From an uncultured archaeon (GTDB lineage Archaea > Asgardarchaeota > Jordiarchaeia > Jordiarchaeales > Jordiarchaeaceae), in assembly GCA_964510585.1 (NCBI GenBank), contig CAZECW010000011.1, positions 1 to 11,483 of the forward strand: a stretch of DNA of 11,483 nucleotides, written 5' to 3'. Shown one piece after another: positions 1 through 7,622 of this stretch (its first letter is position 1; each line of letters begins with the position of its first letter). Position numbers and translations under genes: made by a program. A model generated the notes under the pieces. That model was not told the DNA's origin. It worked only from the letters and a program-made list of their open reading frames with translations, and did no database searches.

Positions 1-139
1 CCCCATGAGGGTGCCAACATAGACGCCGTTCCCTTTGAGGGAAGGGCGTGTTAACTGGGTGATGGCACACCCATTGCTTCGAAGGCTCCCGATGAGCCAG
101 AAGCAAGAATCTCCCGACTTTAGTCGCGGAGAGTGTCAA
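1..139 (+). mobile_element. Right end of an IS200/IS605-family (IS1341/IS605-type, TnpB-associated) element; left end and any tnpA/tnpB lie outside the window
   Basis: The sequence GAAT(107-110)-CTCCCGAC-TTTA-GTCGCGGAG(111-131)-AGTG-TCAA(136-139) matches the IS608-type right-end layout: guide tetranucleotide GAAT at the foot of a subterminal hairpin and cleavage site TCAA. One frame reads KQESPDFSRGECQ, typical of the region at or just after tnpB 3' ends. The lipoate-ligase homology on the - strand breaks at this TCAA junction. Confidence 0.85.
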
Positions 140-159
140 TTATTCCTGCTCTTCGATAA
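1..159 (+). ncRNA. Candidate TnpB omegaRNA (reRNA): 3' part of the scaffold plus a flank-derived guide of about 20 nt (140-159)
   Basis: Four consecutive hairpins are visible: ACGCC-G-TTCCC/GGGAA-G-GGCGT (23-49), TGGGTG/CACCCA (56-73), TTGCTTC..GGCTC/GAGCC..GAAGCAA (74-106) and the right-end hairpin (111-131). TnpB omegaRNAs are known to derive from the IS right end and take their guide from the 3' flank. Transcription is not shown by the sequence. Confidence 0.55.
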
Positions 160-506
160 AATTCTGTCACAATTTCTCCGGCCCAAATTTTTTCTGCCGT
201 GTCTATGTTGGGAAAGATATCTTTGGTAACCACTATCCCTGCTCCCATTCCCCCAGGGGGTGCCCATAATATTCCCGCTCCTGAGGGCCTTCTTCCAATT
301 AATATTTTGTCTCTCTTTATGTTTTCGTATTTTAGTCCATCCAAGTCCTCATATTTTCCCAAACTTACTGAGGGCCTGTCCCAAGTTAACACGAATAAAG
401 TGTCCGGAATCTTCTCTGCATCTCTCAGTCGGGGAAGCGAACCAAAAAGTACGAGTATTTCTACTCCTGTCATTCTATTATCCACAACAAATCTTGCTTT
501 AGTCAT
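140..506 (-). pseudogene. Lipoate-protein ligase A family (LplA/LipM-like) gene, 5' portion, interrupted by the IS at 140/139
   Basis: PDTLFVLTWDRPSVSLGKYE and IGRRPSGAGILW match the LplA 'P.vslG' and 'RR.SGGG' motifs. A GAGG RBS precedes ATG 506. After 122 native codons (...RRAGI) the frame runs into the IS end (IDTLRD*, TAA at 122-120). The catalytic-Lys half is not in the window. Confidence 0.75.
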
Positions 507-707
507 TCCTCTTCCTCTACAAAAATTAGTTGGTTCTAAAATGTTAGTTATAATTTTATTTAAACTTTTCCTTAAATTACATAGTTATAATTATTTTTGA
601 AGAGACCCAATTTACAAGTCAAAATGAGTAATGGAACACTACTAGTATATGAAGAATAAATGCACCTATACTGTAAAAAGGTGTGGAATCCTTTTCGTAG
701 TTAAAAA

Positions 708-724
708 AATTTAACCGTTAAATT
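708..724. promoter_or_regulatory. Palindrome AATTTAAC-C-GTTAAATT, candidate transcription-factor site
   Basis: Perfect 8-bp inverted repeat with a 1-nt spacer in the divergent intergenic region. AT-rich, so a chance match is possible. Confidence 0.3.
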
Positions 725-746
725 AAAATGTATCCCGCGTTATAAC

Positions 747-764
747 TGTTGTAATATTACAACA
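747..764. promoter_or_regulatory. Perfect 18-bp palindrome TGTTGTAATATTACAACA, candidate operator
   Basis: Exact dyad symmetry read from the sequence. It lies immediately upstream of a TATA-like CTTAAAAG (about 767-774) and about 75 nt before the aminotransferase start. Confidence 0.5.
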
Positions 765-837
765 TACTTAAAAGGCTCGAAAATCCTATTCGGGTCAAAA
801 GTGTTTCAATATTAACACTAAAAATAGGTGTACCCTA

Positions 838-2049
838 ATGAAAAGATCATTTGCAGAACTTTTCTCTAGCACTGCGAATAAGTTACAGGTTTCAGTGATT
901 CGCGAGCTTCTTAAGTTAACTCAGAAGCCGGAAGTCATATCCTTTGCTGGAGGATTACCTAATCCAGACGCCTTCCCAGTCCCTCAGATACACGAAATTT
1001 GCCCCAGTGTGATTGACAACCCAAACGCGCTCCAGTATGGAACTACGGAGGGTGTACCGGAACTAAGGGAAGCTCTCAAAAAAAGGATGGCTACGAAAAA
1101 TGTAAAGTGTGAAGTTGAAAACATTCAGATCACCTCGGGATCGCAGCAGGCATTGGACATACTGGGAAGAATATTGCTTAATCCCAACGACATTGTCCTC
1201 ACAACCTGCCCCACCTATTTGGGGGCCATTCAAGCCTTCGATTTTCAGAATCCAAGATATGAATTAGTGGAGATGGACGAACACTCCGTAATTGTGGAGG
1301 ACTTGGAGGCACGCCTAGAAGATATCCAAAAGAGGGGAGAACTTAAACGGTTAAAATTCTTCTATATAACACCGACCTTCCACAACCCCGCGGGAGTAAC
1401 CATCCCTGAAAAACGCCGGAAACAAATAATGGATCTCTGCAACGCATACGATGTTCTAATAATTGAGGACGACCCATACGGAGAGCTAAGGTACAGAGGA
1501 GTAGACCAGCCCTTACTAAAATCAATGGATACCGAAGACCGCGTAGTATACCTTAGCACCTTCTCAAAAATACTGGTGCCCGGCTTCCGCATCGCATGGA
1601 TGGTGGCACCCACCGAGCTTATCAAAAAATTCGTAATGGCCAAACAAGCAGTAGATCTCTGCACAACTACATTCACCCAATACATAGGAGCAGAATACCT
1701 TAGCCGGGGATACGTGGATCAACACATTAAAAAAATCAAAGAAATCTACGGAAGAAAAATGCATATAATGCTCCAATCTATGGCAGAATATTTCCCAGAA
1801 GAGGCGCGATATGCTGAACCCGATGGAGGAATGTTCGTCTGGGTGAGGCTCCCCGAGCACATAAACACCATAGAAATATTCCCCAAAGTCGTGGAAAAGA
1901 ACGTGGCATACGTGGTAGGCTCCGCATTCTATCCCAACGGAAAGGGACTCAACACCATGAGACTAAACTTTACACACCCCACAGACGAAAAAATCGAAGA
2001 AGGAGTAAAAAGGCTAGGAAACGTACTCCACGAAATACTTAAAAAATAA
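838..2049 (+). CDS. PLP-dependent aminotransferase class I/II (ARO8/LysN-like 2-aminoadipate/aromatic transaminase family)
   Basis: 403 aa. Motifs ISFAGGLP, LQYGTTEG, ITSGSQQALD, PTFHNPAG, EDDPYGEL, and STFSKILVPGFRIAW (PLP lysine). GGTG RBS at 827-830. Confidence 0.93.
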   Translation: MKRSFAELFSSTANKLQVSVIRELLKLTQKPEVISFAGGLPNPDAFPVPQIHEICPSVIDNPNALQYGTTEGVPELREALKKRMATKNVKCEVENIQITSGSQQALDILGRILLNPNDIVLTTCPTYLGAIQAFDFQNPRYELVEMDEHSVIVEDLEARLEDIQKRGELKRLKFFYITPTFHNPAGVTIPEKRRKQIMDLCNAYDVLIIEDDPYGELRYRGVDQPLLKSMDTEDRVVYLSTFSKILVPGFRIAWMVAPTELIKKFVMAKQAVDLCTTTFTQYIGAEYLSRGYVDQHIKKIKEIYGRKMHIMLQSMAEYFPEEARYAEPDGGMFVWVRLPEHINTIEIFPKVVEKNVAYVVGSAFYPNGKGLNTMRLNFTHPTDEKIEEGVKRLGNVLHEILKK

Positions 2050-2073
2050 GCCAACCAGTTAAAACCAAACATT

Positions 2074-2086
2074 CTTCCCTTTTTAA
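2074..2086 (+). terminator. Possible pyrimidine/T-tract terminator after the aminotransferase
   Basis: CTTCCCTTTTT about 25 nt after the stop codon. Archaeal terminators are typically oligo-T. Confidence 0.3.
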
Positions 2087-2464
2087 ACATTGGCTTTGCG
2101 ACTTGCCTTCTAGGAAAAATAATCCCGCCAAAGCAGTATTTTTTTAATCGCCGCTCGAAATCGCCCACATCAGGCTATGAAACCGATAGTGCTGGAGCTG
2201 GTGCAACAATAATTCTGTTTACTGTACGAGGAATTCCGGTTTCTACTTATTGCCCATCTTTTGAGAATGCCTTAATTTTTCTCCTCCCTTTAAGTATCAT
2301 TATTTTTTGGCGAAGTACTTATACCTGGTTGCTGGAGTATTCTGTTACTCTGGATGGGCATGTTTGGAAGTAGAAAGGTTAATTAGTGAATTTAAAAAAG
2401 ATATAGCTTCAGATTTGGATCCTTTAAATCGAATCCTGAAAATAATGGATTTGGGGCGTTTTAG

Positions 2465-3523
2465 TTGGTTTCGTTTGAGGATGTTAAATTTGGTTTCGTT
2501 CCTCCACAGTATCCCCTTGACCTTATCTTGGAGACAAGCCTTTACTCGGAAAAGAAGGGGTTGGACTCCATATGGATGGCTGACCACACTGTAGGAATAG
2601 GGATTAAGAACTGGGATTTTTACGAGGCTTGGAGTGTACTGAGTGCACTGGCGGTGCAGACCAAGAATATACTTTTGGGAACTTGTGTTAGTGATCCACA
2701 TAGGCGGCATCCCGCTGTTTTGGCGCAGACCCTCATGACTCTAGACCATCTATCTAAGGGAAGAGCGATGTTGGGACTGGGAGCTGGAGAGGCCATGAAT
2801 TTGGTGCCCTACCATATAGCCTGGGATCATCCGGTGACCCGCCTCAGGGAGGCAGCCGAAGTTATCATTAAACTCCTAACTGAGGATTTTTCTAATTATG
2901 AGGGTAAATTTTTCCAGCTTGAAAAGGCCTTTATACGACCTAAAGCGGTTCAGAATCCTCACCCACCAATATACTTTGGCGCAAACTCGCCTAAAACCAT
3001 GAGAATTTGTGCCGAGTTGGGGGATGGTTGGATTCCTGTAGGTACATTTATGAAGCCTCAGGACTACAAGGCGAAATTTGAGAAAATTAGGAAGATGGCT
3101 AAGGAGGCAGGCAGGGATCCGGAGAAGATTGAACCAGCTATGTTCAACTACATGGTCGTAGCAAAAGACTATGACACCGCCTTTAAGCTGGTAGAATTTC
3201 CCGCAAAGATGCTTCTAGCTGGCTCCTACGATACACTCAAAGAATATGGTGTGGAGCCGCCCAAAATGAAACTGGATGTGTTACACTTTGTATTTAACCC
3301 AGACACCATGATGGAGGCAGCAGGGGAAGTAATTAAGATGCCCATCAAACCCATTGAGGACAGATTCATTTTCGGTTCTCCCGACGACTGCATAGACAAA
3401 ATCGCCAAGTATGTAGAGGGAGGTGTGAGACACTTTGCCATGGCTCTCTATGTCCCCTCCCGATTGAACAGGGAAACACTGGAACTCTTTGTGGAAAAAG
3501 TGGTGCCCTACTTCCGACGATAG
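2465..3523 (+). CDS. LLM-class (luciferase-like) flavin/F420-dependent oxidoreductase
   Basis: 352 aa, TTG start. Motifs DSIWMADH, EAWSVLSALA, RHPAVLAQTLMTLDHLSKGRAMLGLGAG, PPIYFGA, ELGDGWIP and FIFGSPDDCIDKI. Cofactor (F420 vs FMN) cannot be resolved by eye. Confidence 0.92.
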   Translation: MVSFEDVKFGFVPPQYPLDLILETSLYSEKKGLDSIWMADHTVGIGIKNWDFYEAWSVLSALAVQTKNILLGTCVSDPHRRHPAVLAQTLMTLDHLSKGRAMLGLGAGEAMNLVPYHIAWDHPVTRLREAAEVIIKLLTEDFSNYEGKFFQLEKAFIRPKAVQNPHPPIYFGANSPKTMRICAELGDGWIPVGTFMKPQDYKAKFEKIRKMAKEAGRDPEKIEPAMFNYMVVAKDYDTAFKLVEFPAKMLLAGSYDTLKEYGVEPPKMKLDVLHFVFNPDTMMEAAGEVIKMPIKPIEDRFIFGSPDDCIDKIAKYVEGGVRHFAMALYVPSRLNRETLELFVEKVVPYFRR

Positions 3524-3653
3524 CATCCATTAAGTAATAGATTTCTTCAAAATTTTTTTACAAGGGAACGCGACCAAATCAAAAGGTCTTAGAAAAAGGT
3601 TTTGGCTCAATTGATGGATAAAATATTTATTTGTAGGAAAAGAAGCTGAGAAT

Positions 3654-4184
3654 ATGTCACTAGTTTATCCGGCGCATTTTGAGACTGTTATAAAGATGCG
3701 GGACGGTAGGGAGGCTTTTGTAAGGCCTCTGAAGCCTGATGTTGATAGGGAAAAGCTGTTTGAGATGTACAGCACCCTCTCTAAGGAAACAAATTATTAC
3801 CGCTTTTTGAACTATCAGCCAGTCACGAGGTGGATCGTGGAACATTGGTGTGACGTGAACTATGATGATAAAATGGCTCTTGTCGCCATAGTAAATGAAA
3901 ATGGGAGGGAGAGAATAGTTGCTGATTCCCGCTACTATCTGGATAAAACCACCGGGGAAGCGGAGATAGCCATAGTGGTGCACGACGATTACCAAGAAAA
4001 AGGTCTAGGAACAAAACTACTAAGTTACACAATTGAAGTAGCAAAAAAGTCGGGAGTAAAAAAGCTATACGCCTACCTCTCCCCCACAAACAGAAGAATA
4101 ATCCATGTGGTCAAAAAGCTTGGCTTCACAGTCAAATGGGTCTACGAAGTAGGGGAATATGGAGCAGAATTACATTTACAGTGA
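3654..4184 (+). CDS. Stand-alone GNAT N-acetyltransferase resembling the GNAT domain of Pat/Pka protein lysine acetyltransferases
   Basis: 176 aa. RDGREAFVRPL, LSKETNYYRF, VNYDDKMALVA and EAEIAIVVHDDYQEKGLGTKLL (acetyl-CoA motif A, QxxGxG) match the Pat-type GNAT pattern. Confidence 0.85.
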   Translation: MSLVYPAHFETVIKMRDGREAFVRPLKPDVDREKLFEMYSTLSKETNYYRFLNYQPVTRWIVEHWCDVNYDDKMALVAIVNENGRERIVADSRYYLDKTTGEAEIAIVVHDDYQEKGLGTKLLSYTIEVAKKSGVKKLYAYLSPTNRRIIHVVKKLGFTVKWVYEVGEYGAELHLQ

Positions 4185-4273
4185 AAACTTCCTCAAAGGT
4201 TTGTTTATATTTAAAGATATTCGCCTAATTTTAGATGAAATCCTAACCTTTTGCGAATATGTGAGTTGAGCAT

Positions 4274-5296
4274 TTACATTCTGAATGGTAGTTTTGTATC
4301 GTGGGGTATAATGTCTATGTATTTGCTTCTGAACTCGTCGCTTAGCATAGGACATTCATTGAATATGCAGGGTTCACTATACATAGGGTGACTCCACATT
4401 CTATCTAGAATTGCCTTAAGCGGTTCTTCTTTGACGTTTCCAAAAGCAAGTGGCATAAAACAGCAGGGCTGAACATCTCCGTAGGGAGAAATGTAAATAT
4501 ACTCTTTATCCGCAACGCCTCTACAGCGACTCGAGGCTTGATTTTGGAAGTAAAAGTCGCGGCAAACAAATGGGTACTCTGCAATTTTTCTAACTTTCTC
4601 CTCCTCCTGTTGTGACAACCTCACGTCCACATTGTATAACCATCTTCCAGCCGGTGTAGGTAATAAGTATCTTACCCCAGTGGCTCCCAGTTCTTTTGCC
4701 ATTTGAATTACTCTCTCAAAATCGCCATTAGCTAGATTCTCCTTTGTAATGTAGGTAGATATAACGACTTTTAAACCAACACTAAGGGCGTTTTTAACTG
4801 CCTGAACAGCCTTATCGAAGCATCCCCTATATCCTCGATACTCATCGTGTTCTTCTGGATGTGGGCTGTCAATGCTAACGTAAAGTAAATCCAACCCACT
4901 GTCCTTTAACTTTTGGGCATAATCTCTATTCACCTTAATTCCATTGGTGTCCAAAAAGACGAATACCGACTTTTTCGAAGCGTAACTTATCAACTCCATA
5001 AGGTCTTCTCTCAAGGTGGGTTCTCCGCCGAAAAAGTTGACCACCAAGGCTTTGTTAGCTTGATCTAATACACTCTTAACCTGCTCGGTTGTGAGTTCCC
5101 TGTGCTTCTCCTTAACATAATTGCCAACACAACAGTGTCTGCACCTACACTGGCAATCATAGGTTATACCAAACATCAAATAGGAGACAGGACCCTTTTC
5201 TTTAAGCCACAATCCCAGCTTCTCAAGATCAAAATCTAAAGGGATACCTTTCTCCAACCATAGAGTCCCATCATCCGCATATTTACTAGGTTGCAT
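4274..5296 (-). CDS. Radical SAM protein with C-terminal SPASM/twitch-type Cys region; substrate unknown
   Basis: 340 aa. CQCRCRHC (CxxxCxxC), FFGGEPTLR, DTNG, VSIDSP..HD.YRG, and a C-terminal CRG...YISPYGDVQPC..MPLAFGNV. GAGGTG RBS at 5302-5307. Confidence 0.9.
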   Translation of the reverse strand: MQPSKYADDGTLWLEKGIPLDFDLEKLGLWLKEKGPVSYLMFGITYDCQCRCRHCCVGNYVKEKHRELTTEQVKSVLDQANKALVVNFFGGEPTLREDLMELISYASKKSVFVFLDTNGIKVNRDYAQKLKDSGLDLLYVSIDSPHPEEHDEYRGYRGCFDKAVQAVKNALSVGLKVVISTYITKENLANGDFERVIQMAKELGATGVRYLLPTPAGRWLYNVDVRLSQQEEEKVRKIAEYPFVCRDFYFQNQASSRCRGVADKEYIYISPYGDVQPCCFMPLAFGNVKEEPLKAILDRMWSHPMYSEPCIFNECPMLSDEFRSKYIDIIPHDTKLPFRM

Positions 5297-5543
5297 TCCT
5301 ACACCTCATTCTTCTCCAGTTTTTGCTCATTATCTTAACTCTAAAATTTAAATAGTTTTTGATTTTGACCCCCGCTTATACAATTTCCTCTTTTCAGTAT
5401 ATATTTTTAATATCCTTAATTTTAAAATAAACAGAGTAAAACTGTTAGAAGGTATGTGAGAAAAATAAATAACAAAACGGTGCAAAAAAAGGCAAAAATC
5501 CTTAAATTATTCCTCACAATTACGATGAGCCAAAATCTCCACA

Positions 5544-6482
5544 CTATGCTCTCTGCTTTTCCTCCATTATGGCTGCTAGGAAGTCAATTATGAGTCTTGC
5601 AGCAATCTGAGCTGTGACTCCCGCCGGATCATAAAGTGGGTTTACCTCTACCAAGTCGAACCCCACAATGTTCCCCTTCTTCGGCAGTGCGGTGAGCATC
5701 TCTCTCATTTGAAGGTATGTAAATCCTCCGGGTTCAGGGGTTCCCGTTCCAGGAGCTGTAGATGGGTCAAGGGCATCTATGTCTATTGAAACGTAAATGT
5801 TTTCGGCTTCTGGGATTTGTTCCATAACCCATTTAGATCCCTGTTTTATGGCTCTCTCCGCCGTGATTACCTTGGAGCCATATTTTTTAGCTTCGTCTGC
5901 TATAATAGTGGTGTTGAGCAGTCCTCTGATGCCTATCTGCGTTATTCCTATAACATGTTCAAGTTCTGTAACTCTTTTGAAGGGGTTCGCGTGGCTGAGT
6001 CTCACTCCCGCAATATCATCTAGGAAGTCAAGGTGTGTGTCGAAGTGAACTATTTTTAGCTTTGTGTCTTTAAATGCTCTTATTACTGGGAAAGTGATGG
6101 AGTGGTCTCCTCCTAGAGTGATGGGAAACACCTTACGGCTTATGATTTCCTGAATGTATAGTGTTATTAAATTTAGGTTTAATTCATGTAGTGTGGGTGC
6201 TACTGGCACATCGCCGAAATCGATGACTTTGGTACGTGCAAGCTTGTATCTTCCAAGCTCAATATCATATATTCCCTTATCGGGTAGAAAGAATGGGCCA
6301 TAAATTTGAGAAGCTTCCCTTATAGCTCTTGGACCATATCTTGCTCCGGAACGGTTTGTGGTTCCCTGGTCTATGGGTGCTCCCACTATTGCTACGTCTA
6401 CACCTTCTAGGTTTCTGGTGTAGGGGAATTTGCAGAAGGTTGGAATACCCACGAAGGGCATCTCTTCACCTAAATTACTCAT
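5544..6482 (-). CDS. speB: Agmatinase (ureohydrolase/arginase superfamily)
   Basis: 312 aa. GARYGPRAIR, GGDHSIT, DTHLD (DxHxD), SIDIDALDP, PGTGTPEPGG, DLVEVNP. GGAGG RBS at 6490-6494. Related guanidino-hydrolase specificities cannot be excluded. Confidence 0.85.
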   Translation of the reverse strand: MSNLGEEMPFVGIPTFCKFPYTRNLEGVDVAIVGAPIDQGTTNRSGARYGPRAIREASQIYGPFFLPDKGIYDIELGRYKLARTKVIDFGDVPVAPTLHELNLNLITLYIQEIISRKVFPITLGGDHSITFPVIRAFKDTKLKIVHFDTHLDFLDDIAGVRLSHANPFKRVTELEHVIGITQIGIRGLLNTTIIADEAKKYGSKVITAERAIKQGSKWVMEQIPEAENIYVSIDIDALDPSTAPGTGTPEPGGFTYLQMREMLTALPKKGNIVGFDLVEVNPLYDPAGVTAQIAARLIIDFLAAIMEEKQRA

Positions 6483-6636
6483 CTAAAATCCTCCTTTAAA
6501 TTGAATATTTCTCTGTGCAGGAATGTTTAAAGATTTCTCCATAGAATTGGATTTGAGGCTGAATTTTTCCGATACTGTTTTAATGGTGTTTATATTTTTA
6601 AAATTCATAAAATTTGAAAAATGAGGTGTGTTTGTT

Positions 6637-7593
6637 TTGAGGGCTTTGCTGATTGGGAATGGGCAACTGAGGGTTGTTGAAGATTATCCTAAACCTAAAG
6701 TGAGACCTGGTTGGGTTTTAGTTAAGCCTACTGTTGTTGGAATTTGTAAAACAGATTTGGAGCTTGCTAAGGGATATATGGGTTTTAGTGGTGTTCCGGG
6801 GCACGAATTTGTGGGCATCGTAGTGGAAGGTGGCGACGAGAAATTTTTGGGGAAGCGTATTGTGGGTGAAATAAACTTTGCCTGTGGCTCCTGTGATTAT
6901 TGCGCGAATGGCTTGCAGAGACACTGCCCAAACAGAAGCGTTCTGGGCATACAGGGAGCCGATGGAGCTTTTGCCGAGTTTGTTGCGCTGCCTCAAAAGA
7001 ACATTCACATTGTCCCGGAAGGTGTAAGTGATGAGCAGGCGGTGTTCATAGAGCCCCTAGCAGCTTCCCTAGAAATTCTGATGCAGACCCACATTAAGCC
7101 CACTTGGAAAGTATTGGTTTTGGGAGACGGCAAACTCGGCTTACTAGTAGCACAAGTACTCAGACTAACTGGATGCGATCTGTTGCTAGTAGGCAAACAC
7201 GAGAACAAAATGAGAATAATGAGGAATATGGGGATTAAAACCGCAACTCCTCAAGATTTGGCTCAAATAAAGGCGGATCTGGTTGTTGAGTGCACAGGTA
7301 ATCCCAAAGGCTATAATCTGGCCAAGAGCCTGGTTCGCCCCTCGGGTATAATAGTAGCCAAAAGCACGTATCACCAGGAACTCAGTTTGAACTGGTCAGA
7401 AATAGTGGTGGATGAAATCACCATTGTTGGCTCCAGATGCGGGCCCTTCCCTCCAGCAATAAGGCTTCTGGAGCAGGGACTTATTGACACAAAGCCCCTA
7501 ATAACCGCCAAATACAAGTTCACAGATGTGCTAAAAGCCTTTGAACACGCCAGTGACTCCAAAGCAATAAAGATACTTGTGGAAATGTCATAA
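6637..7593 (+). CDS. Zinc-dependent medium-chain dehydrogenase/reductase (alcohol/threonine dehydrogenase-like)
   Basis: GICKTD and GHEFVG (catalytic Zn), CGSCDYCANGLQRHC (structural Zn), GDGKLG (NAD binding). The start is placed at TTG 6637 because GAGGTG (6623-6628) sits 8 nt upstream; the ORF track starts at GTG 6628. Confidence 0.9.
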   Translation: MRALLIGNGQLRVVEDYPKPKVRPGWVLVKPTVVGICKTDLELAKGYMGFSGVPGHEFVGIVVEGGDEKFLGKRIVGEINFACGSCDYCANGLQRHCPNRSVLGIQGADGAFAEFVALPQKNIHIVPEGVSDEQAVFIEPLAASLEILMQTHIKPTWKVLVLGDGKLGLLVAQVLRLTGCDLLLVGKHENKMRIMRNMGIKTATPQDLAQIKADLVVECTGNPKGYNLAKSLVRPSGIIVAKSTYHQELSLNWSEIVVDEITIVGSRCGPFPPAIRLLEQGLIDTKPLITAKYKFTDVLKAFEHASDSKAIKILVEMS

Positions 7594-7622
7594 AAAATTG
7601 TAGGGAAGTATCCTTCTTTGCT

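Noticed and set aside
1-139. Group I/II intron, SECIS element or frameshifted lplA continuation as explanations for the hairpins
   Set aside because: No recognisable group II domain V or group I core motifs, and no convincing LplA motifs in any - strand frame. The GAAT-hairpin-TCAA layout fits an IS200/IS605 end much better.
35-229. 64-aa + strand ORF (MREGRVNW...KQESPDFSRGECQ...)
   Set aside because: It spans the IS right end and then runs antisense through lplA. It is preceded by an in-frame stop at 20-22 and is best explained as read-through of the IS terminus.
2100-2300. Possible decayed gene on the - strand (MILKGRRKIKAFSKDGQ*VETGIPRTVNRIIVAPAPALSVS*PDVGDFERRLKK) near an orphan GGAGGAG
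   Set aside because: Two in-frame stops, no recognisable family motif, and the RBS is not positioned before a usable start. It cannot be supported without a homology search.
2307-2594. 95-aa + strand ORF overlapping the LLM gene start
   Set aside because: Out-of-frame overlap with a well-supported gene and no recognisable motifs.
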